Assembly: GCA_963719315.1 (NCBI GenBank)
Contig: CAVRBU010000015.1
Location: 1-31,709 of the forward strand
Direction: 5' to 3'
Origin: an uncultured Planctomycetota bacterium
GTDB taxonomy: Bacteria; Planctomycetota; Planctomycetia; Pirellulales; Lacipirellulaceae
DNA length: 31,709 nucleotides
Each line of letters opens with the position of its first letter. Within the stretch, counting starts at the first letter, position 1. Below the pieces are notes generated by a model. That model did not search any database and was not told the DNA's origin. It saw only the letters and a list, made by a program, of their open reading frames with translations. Of the stretch, positions 1 to 8,913 are shown piece after piece. Made by a program: the position numbers and the translations under genes.

Positions 1-223
1 GTTTGACACCATCAGTGCGAGAGCCGGCCAGCCGTGTAACCGTCCGGGATGGCAGAATCGCCACAATCGAATCGCAAGAGCATATGAAGGCGTTCCATCG
101 TTCCGCCAGACGCGAGACATGCCAGCGCGAAACTGATAAAATAGGGGAATCTCCCGCGTCTAAACGCTTCCGTCCATTGGAGCATGGAAGGCTTCGCCGG
201 AGAAGTAGCTTTTGAGGTACGCG

Positions 224-1155
224 ATGAAGGTCTTGATTACCGGCGGTGCCGGCTACATCGGCAGCATTCTCACCGAGCAATTGCTTCGCGCGGCGACAAA
301 GTGCACGTTGTCGACAGCTTGCTGCACGGTGACCACTGCCTCTTTCACCTGTGCGCCAATCCGAACTTCGAATTCACTCGCGGCGACGTTCGTGACCGCG
401 AGCTGCTGCTGCAGGTGGCCAAAGACGCCGACGTCATCATTCCGCTGGCTGCCCTGGTGGGCGCCCCTGTTTGTGCCAAGGATCCCCGAGCCGCTAGAGC
501 CATCAACTTCGACGCCGTCGTTGAGCTAGCAAAGTTGCGGTCGCCTTCGCAACTGGTCATTTATCCGAACACGAACAGCGGCTACGGCATCGGCGCCGGC
601 GACTCCTTCTGTACGGAAGATAGCCCGCTTGAACCAATTTCCGTCTACGGCCGTACCAAGTGCGACGCTGAACTTGCACTGTTAGAACTGAAAAATGTCG
701 TCACTTTCCGCCTGGCGACCGTGTTCGGCGCCTCGCCGCGGATGCGAGTCGACCTCTTGGTCAACCATTTCACCTATTGTGCTGTCAATGACGGCTATCT
801 CGTCGTCTTCGAGAAGCACTTCAAGCGGAACTACGTCCACATCCGTGACGTTGCCGACTGCATGATTTACGCCATGGACAACCGCGAGAAAATGGTCGGC
901 CGCTCGTTCAATCTGGGCCTCGACCACGCCAATCTTACCAAGCAGGAGTTGTGCGAGAAGATTCAAGAATACGTGCCGAAATTCTACGTTCACTACGCGG
1001 AGATTGGCGAGGATCCCGACAAGCGGGATTATGTCGTCTCAAACCGGCGTCTTCGAGAAGCGGGTTTTGAAGCCCGTCGCGGCCTCGACGTTGGAATTCC
1101 CGAACTGATCAAAGCCTATCGTACGCTCCCCTTGGGAAGATACCGCAATGCCTGA
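224..1155 (+). CDS. NAD-dependent SDR epimerase/dehydrogenase, Cj1427-like GDP-D-glycero-alpha-D-manno-heptose C4-dehydrogenase (frameshift at ~287)
   Basis: ATG 224 after GAGG gives MKVLITGGAGYIGS (Rossmann GxxGxxG). A one-base deletion near 287 switches to the 184..1155 frame. That frame has IIPLAALVGAP, YPNTNSGYGIG, YGRTK (YxxxK), FRLATVFGxSPRMRxDLLVN, ANLTK and IGEDPDKRDY, which I recognise as near-identical to C. jejuni Cj1427 motifs. Confidence 0.85.
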
Positions 1156-2226
1156 CGCCCTCCTGGCTCTAAAAGAGAATACGTTGAAGCCTAGCAAGAA
1201 ACTGCAGTGCGACATCATCCGCGCCAAATCGCCGCTGCGGATTAGCTTCACCGGCGGCGGCACCGACGTGCCGGCATGGTACGAACTGCATCCCGGCGCG
1301 GTCCTCTCCTCGACGATCAACCGCTATGCCTACGTCACGCTCTACCCGCGCGATGACCGGCAGGTCCGCATTCGGTCGCTCGACTTAGGTTTTACTGTCG
1401 ACTACGATCTTGACTCCGGACCCGCGTATGACGGCGCCCTCGACCTGGCCAAGGCGGCAATCAAGCGGCTCGACGTGGACCGAGGCGTCGATATCGACAT
1501 CCGCTCCGACGCCCCGGCCGGCAGCGGCTTGGGCGGCTCGTCGGCCCTCACTTCAGCGCTGCTGGCGGCACTGGCCGAATTCCGCGGCCTAAAGCTCACT
1601 CGCGAACAGTTGGCCGAGTTGAACTACGCAGTCGAGCGGATCGATTTGAAAATCGCCGGTGGCAAGCAGGATCAGTACGCGACCGCCTACGGCGGGTTCA
1701 ACGCGATCAAGTTCTGTAAAGAACTAGTGGCCGTCGAGCCGGTCGAAGTCGCCGACTCGGTTGTCAACGACTTAGAAGCTCATCTTCTGCTTTGTTACAC
1801 GGGCAAGGTGCGGGCACACGGCAATCTTGTGGCCAAGCAAGTCGAGATGTTCCAACGGGGGCGCAAAGCCACGATTGATGGCATGCAGAGGTTGTACGAC
1901 ATGGTATTCGAGATGCGCGATGCACTTGTGGAAGGCGATCTGGACCGGTTCGGGCTTCTGCTCCACGAGTCCCAACAAAACAAAATGCGGATGAATCCGC
2001 ATGTGACCGAAGGCACGCCGATCGACGCGATGTACGAGGCGGCCATCCACGCGGGGCGCTCGGCGGCAAGCTGCTCGGGGCGGGCGGTGGCGGATACGTG
2101 GCGTTCTATTGCCCGACCAATAAGCAGCATGAAGTGCGTGGCGTCTTGGAAAAAATGGGCGCTTCGTTCAGCGACTTCGCCTTCGACGAGCAGGGCATGC
2201 AAGTGTGGCGGAGCGCGAGCCGGTAA
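1148..2226 (+). CDS. hddA: D-glycero-alpha-D-manno-heptose-7-phosphate kinase (GHMP family; frameshift at ~2055)
   Basis: SPLRISFTGGGTD, PAGSGLGGSS and GGKQDQYA motifs. After a one-base deletion in GCGGGGCG (~2055) the -1 frame reads ALGGKLLGAGGGGYVAFY...QVWRSASR, with TAA at 2224-2226. Start is ATG 1148 (overlapping the upstream stop) or TTG 1184. Confidence 0.9.
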
Positions 2227-2231
2227 TTTGG

Positions 2232-2289
2232 GTGTTAGGTGTCGGGTGTCGGATAAAGACCCTGACACCCAACACCCGACACCTAACAC
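2232..2289. repeat. Perfect 18-bp inverted repeat built from RGGTGTY heptamers
   Basis: GTGTTAGGTGTCGGGTGT (2232-2249) and its exact reverse complement ACACCCGACACCTAACAC (2272-2289), with an extra GACACCC unit in the loop. Confidence 0.9.
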
Positions 2290-2290
2290 T

Positions 2291-2995
2291 ATGGACTTAG
2301 CCGCGGTCGTTTTAGCCGGTGGATTGGGAACGCGACTCCGGTCCGTCGTGTCCGATCTCCCAAAGGTTCTCGCCCCCGTGGCGGGCCGACCGTTCCTCGC
2401 CTACTTGCTCGACCAAATCGCGGACGCCGGCATCCAGCAGGTCGTGCTTTCGACGGGATACATGGCCGAGAAGTTCGACTCGGCGATCGGCGCCAAATAC
2501 CGCGGACTGGAAATCGTGTACGCCCGTGAAGAAGTCCCACTGGGCACAGGCGGCGCCATCCGATATGCCGGCGGTCTGGCGAACGCGGGCCAGTTGCTCG
2601 TCATGAACGGTGATTCGTTTTGCGATGCCGATCTGCCTGCCTACATCGAATGGCATCTTGCCGGAGCGCACGATGTGTCCTTACTCTTGGCCAACGTGAA
2701 CGACACATCACGATATGGAACCGTCGAATTGGCGGCCGATGGCCGAATCACGGCATTTCTCGAAAAGCGACCAGAACAAACTCCCGGCTACATCAACGCG
2801 GGAGTGTACTTGCTTCGCCGCTCGATGCTCGATCGCATTCCGGCCGAGCCCTTGTCCATCGAGCGTGATGTCTTTCCCGAATGGCTCAAGCAGAGAAAGG
2901 TGATGGGCTGGGTTACGGGCGGGGCATTCATCGATATCGGCGTGCCGAGTGACTATGAGCGGAGCCAAGAGTTCATGGAGCAGGTGAGGCGGTGA
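2291..2995 (+). CDS. hddC: D-glycero-alpha-D-manno-heptose-1-phosphate guanylyltransferase (NTP_transferase family)
   Basis: ATG 2291, MDLAAVVLAGGLGTRLRSVVSDLPKVLAPVAGRPFL, PLGTGGAI, VMNGDSF, INAGVY and FIDIGVPSDY, in a heptose operon context. Confidence 0.88.
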   Translation: MDLAAVVLAGGLGTRLRSVVSDLPKVLAPVAGRPFLAYLLDQIADAGIQQVVLSTGYMAEKFDSAIGAKYRGLEIVYAREEVPLGTGGAIRYAGGLANAGQLLVMNGDSFCDADLPAYIEWHLAGAHDVSLLLANVNDTSRYGTVELAADGRITAFLEKRPEQTPGYINAGVYLLRRSMLDRIPAEPLSIERDVFPEWLKQRKVMGWVTGGAFIDIGVPSDYERSQEFMEQVRR

Positions 2996-3561
2996 TTATC
3001 CAAACTCCACCTGTCGTGTTCCTGGACCGAGATGGAACGATCAACCGTGAGGTTCACCATCTTTCCGATCCGGACCAACTAGAACTGCTGCCCGGCGCAG
3101 CAGAGGGACTGCGTACGCTCTGCTGCGCCGGCTGCCCTTTGGTCGTGGTATCCAATCAATCGCCCATCGGCCGCGGTTTGTTCACGGAGGATCGGCTGCG
3201 GGAGATCAATGGGCGACTCTCAGAAATGCTGGCTGCGGAAGGCGTGCAGATTGAGCGTTGGTATTGGTGCCCTCATGCCCCGTGGGAAGGCTGTGCGTGC
3301 CGAAAGCCGGCCCCTGGGCTGTTCTTAAAGGCGCAAGGAATTGGGTGTTATACTGGAAACTTCGTGGGTCGTCGGCGACCGGCTCTCCGATCTGAGCGCC
3401 GGCCGGAAAGTTGTGCCCGGACGATTCTGGTGGCGACCGGCTACGGCCAGGGCGAGTACGATTTGCCCGAACGATCGGTATGTGTAGACTACTTCGTCCC
3501 GACCCTGCGCGAGGCGGCCGACGTGATCCTCAGTGGGTCCCACTTGCTGAGCGGGATCTGA
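2992..3561 (+). CDS. gmhB: D,D-heptose 1,7-bisphosphate phosphatase (HAD superfamily; two compensating frameshifts at ~3336 and ~3412)
   Basis: FLDRDGTIN, VSNQS and CPH..C.CRKP motifs, GTGA overlap with hddC. Between ~3337 and ~3412 the +1 frame reads ELGVILETSWVVGDRLSDLSAGRKV, which contains the expected GDxxxD motif. Confidence 0.9.
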   Translation: MIIQTPPVVFLDRDGTINREVHHLSDPDQLELLPGAAEGLRTLCCAGCPLVVVSNQSPIGRGLFTEDRLREINGRLSEMLAAEGVQIERWYWCPHAPWEGCACRKPAPGLFLKAQGIGCYTGNFVGRRRPALRSERRPESCARTILVATGYGQGEYDLPERSVCVDYFVPTLREAADVILSGSHLLSGI

Positions 3562-3591
3562 GCCAACGATTTTCGCATTGGAACATCGTTT

Positions 3592-4269
3592 ATGTCCCTT
3601 CCGGTAGAAGGGACTTTATTATTCGTGAAAGCTCCAGACTTGTCCGATCTTGATGAATCCGCGTTGCTCGGGCATGCTCGAGAGCACTTGCTCGCGAGCG
3701 CCGAAACCAAGCGACGTTACGCCGAAGAGTCGGCTGGCGACTTGGTCACGGTTGCACGATGGATCGCTGCCTGTTTTACCTCCGGCGGCAAACTAATGCT
3801 GTGCGGTAACGGTGGCAGCGCAGCCGATTGTCAACACATTGCAGCTGAGTTCACCAGCATCCTAACCCAGAAGTTTGATCGCCGGGCGCTGCCGGCAATC
3901 GCACTCACAACCGACTCGTCGTTCCTGACGGCCCGTGGAAACGATTACGGCTTTGATTCCGTCTTCTCCCGGCAGGTCGAGGCCCTGGGCAAGCCGGGCG
4001 ACGTGCTGATGGGTAGTTCCACAAGCGGCAACTCAAAGAATGTGTTCTTGGCTATTGAAACCGCACGAAGAATCGGCCTGAAGACCGTCGGCCTGACCGG
4101 CGGCACCGGCGGAAAAATGGTGGCCGCCGCCGACCTGGCCCTGCGCGTCCCAGCGGAGTCAACTGCCCATATCCAAGAATGTCACATCGCGATGGGCCAT
4201 ATCATGGTGGCGATCGTCGAAAAACTCTTGTTCAACAGCGACGGCAGCGACAGGCCGTTTAGCCCCTAA
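3592..4269 (+). CDS. gmhA: Phosphoheptose isomerase (sedoheptulose-7-phosphate isomerase, SIS domain)
   Basis: CGNGGSAADCQH, NDYGFDSVFSRQVEALG, STSGNS and TAHIQECH motifs. Confidence 0.95.
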   Translation: MSLPVEGTLLFVKAPDLSDLDESALLGHAREHLLASAETKRRYAEESAGDLVTVARWIAACFTSGGKLMLCGNGGSAADCQHIAAEFTSILTQKFDRRALPAIALTTDSSFLTARGNDYGFDSVFSRQVEALGKPGDVLMGSSTSGNSKNVFLAIETARRIGLKTVGLTGGTGGKMVAAADLALRVPAESTAHIQECHIAMGHIMVAIVEKLLFNSDGSDRPFSP

Positions 4270-4286
4270 GGATTTCGAGAAGAACG

Positions 4287-5254
4287 ATGAAGTCGTTGCA
4301 AGGCAAGCGGATCGTGGTCACCGGCGGTGGAGGCTTTCTGGGAAGCCACATCGTCGAACAACTGCGCCAGCGCGGTTGCGACCGGGTGTTCGTCGTACGT
4401 AGCGGCGATTACGACTTGGTGACCGAGCAAGGCACAATACGGTTGTTTCAAGAGCATCCCGCCGACGTCGTGTTCCACCTGGCCGGTTACGTGGGCGGCC
4501 TCGGCGCCAACAAGGCGTTCCCGGCCGACTTCTTCTACCGCAATCTCATGATGGGCGCGCACATCCTGCACTACGCGTGGAAAACCGGGGCCGAGAAGGT
4601 CGTCGCCGCCGGGGCGGGCTGCGGGTATCCGGAGGCCGCTCCGCTGCCCATTAAGGAGTCCGATTATTGGAACGGCTACCCACAGGACGACAGCGCCCCT
4701 ACTCGCTCGCCAAGCGAATGCTCCATGTGCAGTCGTTCGCTTATTGGCGGCAGTACAAGTTCCCGATTCTGGTCGCCATCCCCGGCAACATCTACGGGCC
4801 GTACGATAACTTCGACCTCGAGGCCGCCCACGTAATCCCCGCACTCGTGCGCAAATTCGTGGAAGGGGCAGATGACGACAAACCGGAGGTCGAGGTCTGG
4901 GGCACGGGCCGGGCGACTCGCGATTTCGTCTACGCCGGCGACGTCGCCGAAGGCATGATTCGCATGGCCGAAAGAATCGATGAGCCCGTCCTCTTGAACA
5001 TGGCTTGCGGCGAAGATCACAGCATCAAACAGGTCGTCGACGCCTTGACCGAAATCACCGGCTTCAGCGGAAAAATCAAGTGGCTCACCGACCGGCCCGA
5101 GGGTCAGGACCGCCGCGTGCTCGATATCTCTACGACCGAAAAAAAGCTCGGCTTCCGCTGTCAGACGTCGCTGCACGACGGACTAAAGCAAACGGTTGAC
5201 TGGTACCGGGCCAATCGCAAGACCGCGCGGAACCTGGTGGCGACGCAATTCTGA
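4287..5254 (+). CDS. GDP-L-fucose synthase-like NDP-sugar epimerase/4-reductase (frameshift at ~4697)
   Basis: VTGGGGFLG, FHLAGYVGGLGAN, GCGYP. After a one-base loss in the C run at 4696-4699 it continues PYSLAK (YxxxK), PGNIYGPYDNF, HVIPALVRKF and VWGTGRATRDFVY. Confidence 0.85.
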
Positions 5255-5265
5255 TTCTCGCGTCG

Positions 5266-6516
5266 ATGAGGAATCCGCGAGTGGATCTTTACATTCATGA
5301 CTACGCCGGGCACATCGGTCAGTTGGAAGTGGCCCGCGCACTGGCGGCCCGCGGCCACCGCGTGCTCTTCAACTATTGCGATGAACTTGCTACGCCGCGC
5401 GGCGAACTGACGCCCGACGTTAGCCTGAAATCGCTGTCGATAGAACCAATCCGCATCGGCCAGCCGATCATCAAAAAGAATTACTTCAAACGCCAATGGC
5501 AGGACGTGCTCTACGCGCGGGCGCTCGTGGGACACATGTCGCAGCATCAGCCGCAACTCGTCGTCAGCGCGAATAATCCACTCATACCACAGTGGGCACT
5601 GGTTCGCCATTGCCGGCGGCGCGGCATCCCCATTATCCATTGGTGGACGGACGCCTATAGCCTGGCGGTTCGTCACGGCGTCGGCAAGAAATTTGGGCCT
5701 TTGGGGTGGATAATCGCTTGGAGTTACGAAAAACTGGAAATCCATTTGCTAAAGCGGTCGCAGGCGGTTCTGGCTATCGCTGAGCAGTTTCGCGCGATCG
5801 CCGAGCGTTGGGGAGTTCAAACCCCGTTCGCGGTGATCCCCGTCGCGGCGCCAACCGAGCAGATTCAGCCCGGGCCCAAGCGCAACGACTGGTCGATTCG
5901 GCACGGGGCCGCAGAGACGACGAACATCGTGTACTGCGGCACGCTTGCCAACAAGCACCATCCCGAGTTGCTGCTGGCATTGGCCAAAGAATTGGGCAAT
6001 CGCAACGACGTGCGCGTCATCGTGGTGGCCGAAGGCGTGGGCGCCGATTGGCTTCGCCGCGAACAGACGACAGCGAGCCTCCCCAATCTCTTGTTAATGC
6101 CGTTTCAATCGTTTGAAGACTATCCCGACGTGCTGGCCACAGCCGACTTGCACGTAACGCTACTCAATCGCGAAGCATCGGCGTATGCGCTGCCCAGCAA
6201 GGTCATGAGCCAGCTTTGTGCGGCAAGGGCTCAATTGGTAATTGTGCCCCGCGACAATCAGGCTGCCGCGATGGTCGAAGCGGCCCATGCCGGCGTGGTC
6301 GTCACGCCCGAGGAATTTGATGCCACTGCGGCGGCAATCGAGAACCTACTGGCAGACGCCAAACTGCGGCAGCGCTACGGCGAAAATGGACGCCGATACG
6401 CCGAGGAGAAGTTGTCGCTCCGGTCGGTGATACCGCGGTATGAGGAATTGTTTGAACACGTGCTTGCAGTTGGTGCAAAGCAAGGCCCACGCCGAGCGAC
6501 GGCGGCCGCCAATTAG
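5266..6516 (+). CDS. GT4 glycosyltransferase (WcaI-like)
   Basis: HDYAGH..LARGHRV N-terminus, YCGTLANKH, LMPFQ, ADLHVTLL, LPSKVMSQL and RYGENGRRYAE (GT-B fold). Confidence 0.85.
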   Translation: MRNPRVDLYIHDYAGHIGQLEVARALAARGHRVLFNYCDELATPRGELTPDVSLKSLSIEPIRIGQPIIKKNYFKRQWQDVLYARALVGHMSQHQPQLVVSANNPLIPQWALVRHCRRRGIPIIHWWTDAYSLAVRHGVGKKFGPLGWIIAWSYEKLEIHLLKRSQAVLAIAEQFRAIAERWGVQTPFAVIPVAAPTEQIQPGPKRNDWSIRHGAAETTNIVYCGTLANKHHPELLLALAKELGNRNDVRVIVVAEGVGADWLRREQTTASLPNLLLMPFQSFEDYPDVLATADLHVTLLNREASAYALPSKVMSQLCAARAQLVIVPRDNQAAAMVEAAHAGVVVTPEEFDATAAAIENLLADAKLRQRYGENGRRYAEEKLSLRSVIPRYEELFEHVLAVGAKQGPRRATAAAN

Positions 6517-6534
6517 GTAGCGGAGGAAAATGCG

Positions 6535-6795
6535 ATGACGGATTGCGTAATTGCGACCGAAGGTTGACTAACAATATTCTTCGCATGGCATTGCGAATCA
6601 CCGTCGATACGAGAGTTCCCGCAATCAATATTCTCGCTGACATCACCGAGCCGTGACTAGCCGAGAATAAGGAATCGAGGGCGGCGCCAGACATCAAACT
6701 GGCGGCGAAGCTACTGAAAGGTTGGAAGCTTCGAGTTTCGCTCGGCGAGGGACTATTGCTCTGCTATGATAATATAAAGTCACGCCTAGCCCGGA
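6535..6795 (+). pseudogene. Decayed NDP-sugar epimerase/decarboxylase remnant
   Basis: GGAGG (6522-6526) precedes ATG 6535, MTDCVIATEG-stop. Downstream, after an in-frame TGA at 6654, the frame reads PDIKLAAKLLKGWKLRVSLGEGLLLCYDNIKSRL, resembling the extended-SDR C-terminus PDITLA..LLGWEPKVSLEEGL..T. Confidence 0.5.
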
Positions 6796-6913
6796 CGCCG
6801 GACCGAGTTTCTTTGTGGATGCAACTGTCGCACGGCATTGCGCGTGATCGAAAAGCTCGCGGAAACCACAATCCCAAGATATCATTCTACTCAGCAACGT
6901 AGAGTTTTTCACA

Positions 6914-7672
6914 ATGTCCGACGGCGATGCTCACTTTGCGATGCATGAAGGGTACAAGACCCCCGTTTCACGAATCAATCGTGGAAAATGCTTGGCCAAG
7001 AAATGGATCGGCCGATTCTTCCCACGCACCAACAAGCTGGCGACGCTCAGCCTGTTAGCGCGGCTGAACCGATGGGGACGCGATCATGCTGTTCGGTCCT
7101 GCGGCGATAACAAGCTGGACGTAGACGAATGGGTCCATAACCACGTGATCGGCGAGCGTCCCATCACATACCTCGAATTCGGCGTCTACAAAGGCAATTC
7201 GATCAATTTCTGGCGCAAGATGAATAAGCTCCCAGAAAGCCGCTTTTACGGATTTGACTCATTCGAAGGATTACCGATCGACTGGGAGAAATTCTTCGGC
7301 AGAATGAAAAAGGACCATTTCGATGTCGGAGGCCAGACGCCTCCTACGGGTGATCCCCGGTGCCGGTTCATCAAGGGCTGGTTCCAGCAAACGGTTGACG
7401 GATTTCTGGCCGATTTTCAATCGAACGGTCAACTTGTGATTAACATCGACTCCGATCTTTATGAGTCCTGTCTCTACGTGCTCACTCGCTTGGACCATTG
7501 GATAACGCCCGGCACGATCATTTTCCTGGATGACTTCAGCTCGGTACAAAACGACTTCTCGGCGCTGCATGATTACTGCCGCGCTTACATGCGCAATTAC
7601 GAAGTCCTTGGAAGCGGCGGCCCTTATCTAAATCGCATCGCCATTCGGATGGTGGCAAACGCGAACCAATAG
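6914..7672 (+). CDS. TylF/MycF-like class I SAM-dependent O-methyltransferase
   Basis: YLEFGVYKGNS, FYGFDSFEGLP, FIKGWFQQT, INIDSDLYES and GTIIFLDDF motifs. Confidence 0.8.
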   Translation: MSDGDAHFAMHEGYKTPVSRINRGKCLAKKWIGRFFPRTNKLATLSLLARLNRWGRDHAVRSCGDNKLDVDEWVHNHVIGERPITYLEFGVYKGNSINFWRKMNKLPESRFYGFDSFEGLPIDWEKFFGRMKKDHFDVGGQTPPTGDPRCRFIKGWFQQTVDGFLADFQSNGQLVINIDSDLYESCLYVLTRLDHWITPGTIIFLDDFSSVQNDFSALHDYCRAYMRNYEVLGSGGPYLNRIAIRMVANANQ

Positions 7673-7774
7673 CACGTTTTGCTGGAAGTTGAATAACGAT
7701 CCGCTTGAGCAGCAACCGCTGTCTTTTTGATTCGGACGCCATCATAGGGATGTTCTTCGCGTTCCGCCCTGGAA

Positions 7775-8785
7775 TCACTTTTTCACTTCCGGCCAGACGG
7801 CGTTTCGCACATCGAGTTTGATATCCGCAAACGGCGTCTCGCCGTCCCGCGCCCACACGAACGGGTCGGCCAGTTGGCTGGCCTTTCCGACCTTGCCGTC
7901 GATCCGCACGCGGAAGACGTATTTGCCATGGTCCACGAGTCGGATGTTGTTGGTCCCGCCGTCCACTTGCAGGCCGTGGATTTCATAGCAGCCGTTGTGG
8001 TCGTTCGCCCGGCCGACGTAGAGCAGCGTTTTCGGCGCGTTGCCGGATTCGCTGCCGACGTAGCAGCCGTAGACGAACAGGGCCCCGCCCTTGTCGAACT
8101 TGAACGCCGTCTCCCAGCCGGAGCGGATGTCGCATCCGTACAGCCAGTGGACGACCGATTGATCGCCTTCCACCCAGTACGGCACCCGAACGTGGTGCAT
8201 CATCAACCCGAAGTGTTTTTGCTGGTCGGCGTGGTTGCCGTCCGGCGTGGCCAGATAATGCAGCCCGGCGTCGCACTGCGTAATGGATAGTTGATCGGTA
8301 ACGAGGTTGCCGCAGGGCGGGAAGTTGCGGGCCTGGACTTCGATGCCGGCCCCGGCCACGGCCGGGTACGTGGGATGCTTGAGCGGTCCGCCGCTGAGCA
8401 CCAGCCGTTCGATCCGCCCGCCGCAGCCCAGGTAGCGGATCATCGGCGCTCCCGCCGCCCCGGTCCACAGAATCCTCGTGCAGCCGATATTCTTGTTGCC
8501 GATGGCGTAGACGTAGCCGCCGGAGCCGCACAGCGCCCCGCCGAACCAGGCCGGCCATTCGATCGTCGTTTTGATGTAGTAATCGGCCAGCTCCCCGATG
8601 GGCGGCACTGTCACGCGGCGATGGACGATATCGTCCAACATCCGCGACAGCACCGGCCCGTTGTCAAACGCCGGATCGTTGGGCACGCAGCCGTAGTCGG
8701 TCCAGGTCACCGGCGCGGCAGCGGCGCTGGCGAACGAGGCGATGGCGAACGGCCAAAGTGCTATGATTAGGCAGCGCGATTTTAT
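7775..8785 (-). CDS. Secreted hypothetical protein, possible right-handed beta-helix (pectin-lyase-like); start uncertain (8785-8926)
   Basis: Signal-peptide-like KSRCLIIALWPFAIASFASAAAA, then TDYGCVPNDPAFDNGPVLSRMLDD, resembling the DFGA.GDG..DDT.AIQ.A.D start of beta-helix glycan enzymes. GC-rich third positions. Confidence 0.55.
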   Translation of the reverse strand: MKSRCLIIALWPFAIASFASAAAAPVTWTDYGCVPNDPAFDNGPVLSRMLDDIVHRRVTVPPIGELADYYIKTTIEWPAWFGGALCGSGGYVYAIGNKNIGCTRILWTGAAGAPMIRYLGCGGRIERLVLSGGPLKHPTYPAVAGAGIEVQARNFPPCGNLVTDQLSITQCDAGLHYLATPDGNHADQQKHFGLMMHHVRVPYWVEGDQSVVHWLYGCDIRSGWETAFKFDKGGALFVYGCYVGSESGNAPKTLLYVGRANDHNGCYEIHGLQVDGGTNNIRLVDHGKYVFRVRIDGKVGKASQLADPFVWARDGETPFADIKLDVRNAVWPEVKK

Positions 8786-8913
8786 GCCGCCGACCTTACC
8801 CGCTGGCTCTCGTGACGAGATAACGCACAATTTCGCGTCGGTGCCTGCGCCGTGCGGGCCAAGCTTCGCCGCAAATCGTGCGAAAATCGATCCGATCATA
8901 TTCCGCGCCGCCG

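Noticed and set aside
3..215. 70-aa ORF at the window start
   Set aside because: No motifs; more likely the upstream non-coding region of the heptose operon.
1148..2995. 615-aa HddA-HddC kinase/nucleotidyltransferase fusion in the ORF track
   Set aside because: Artefact of the deletion at ~2055. The conserved GGKLLGAGGGG C-terminus is in another frame ending at 2226, and the apparent linker is the translated palindrome.
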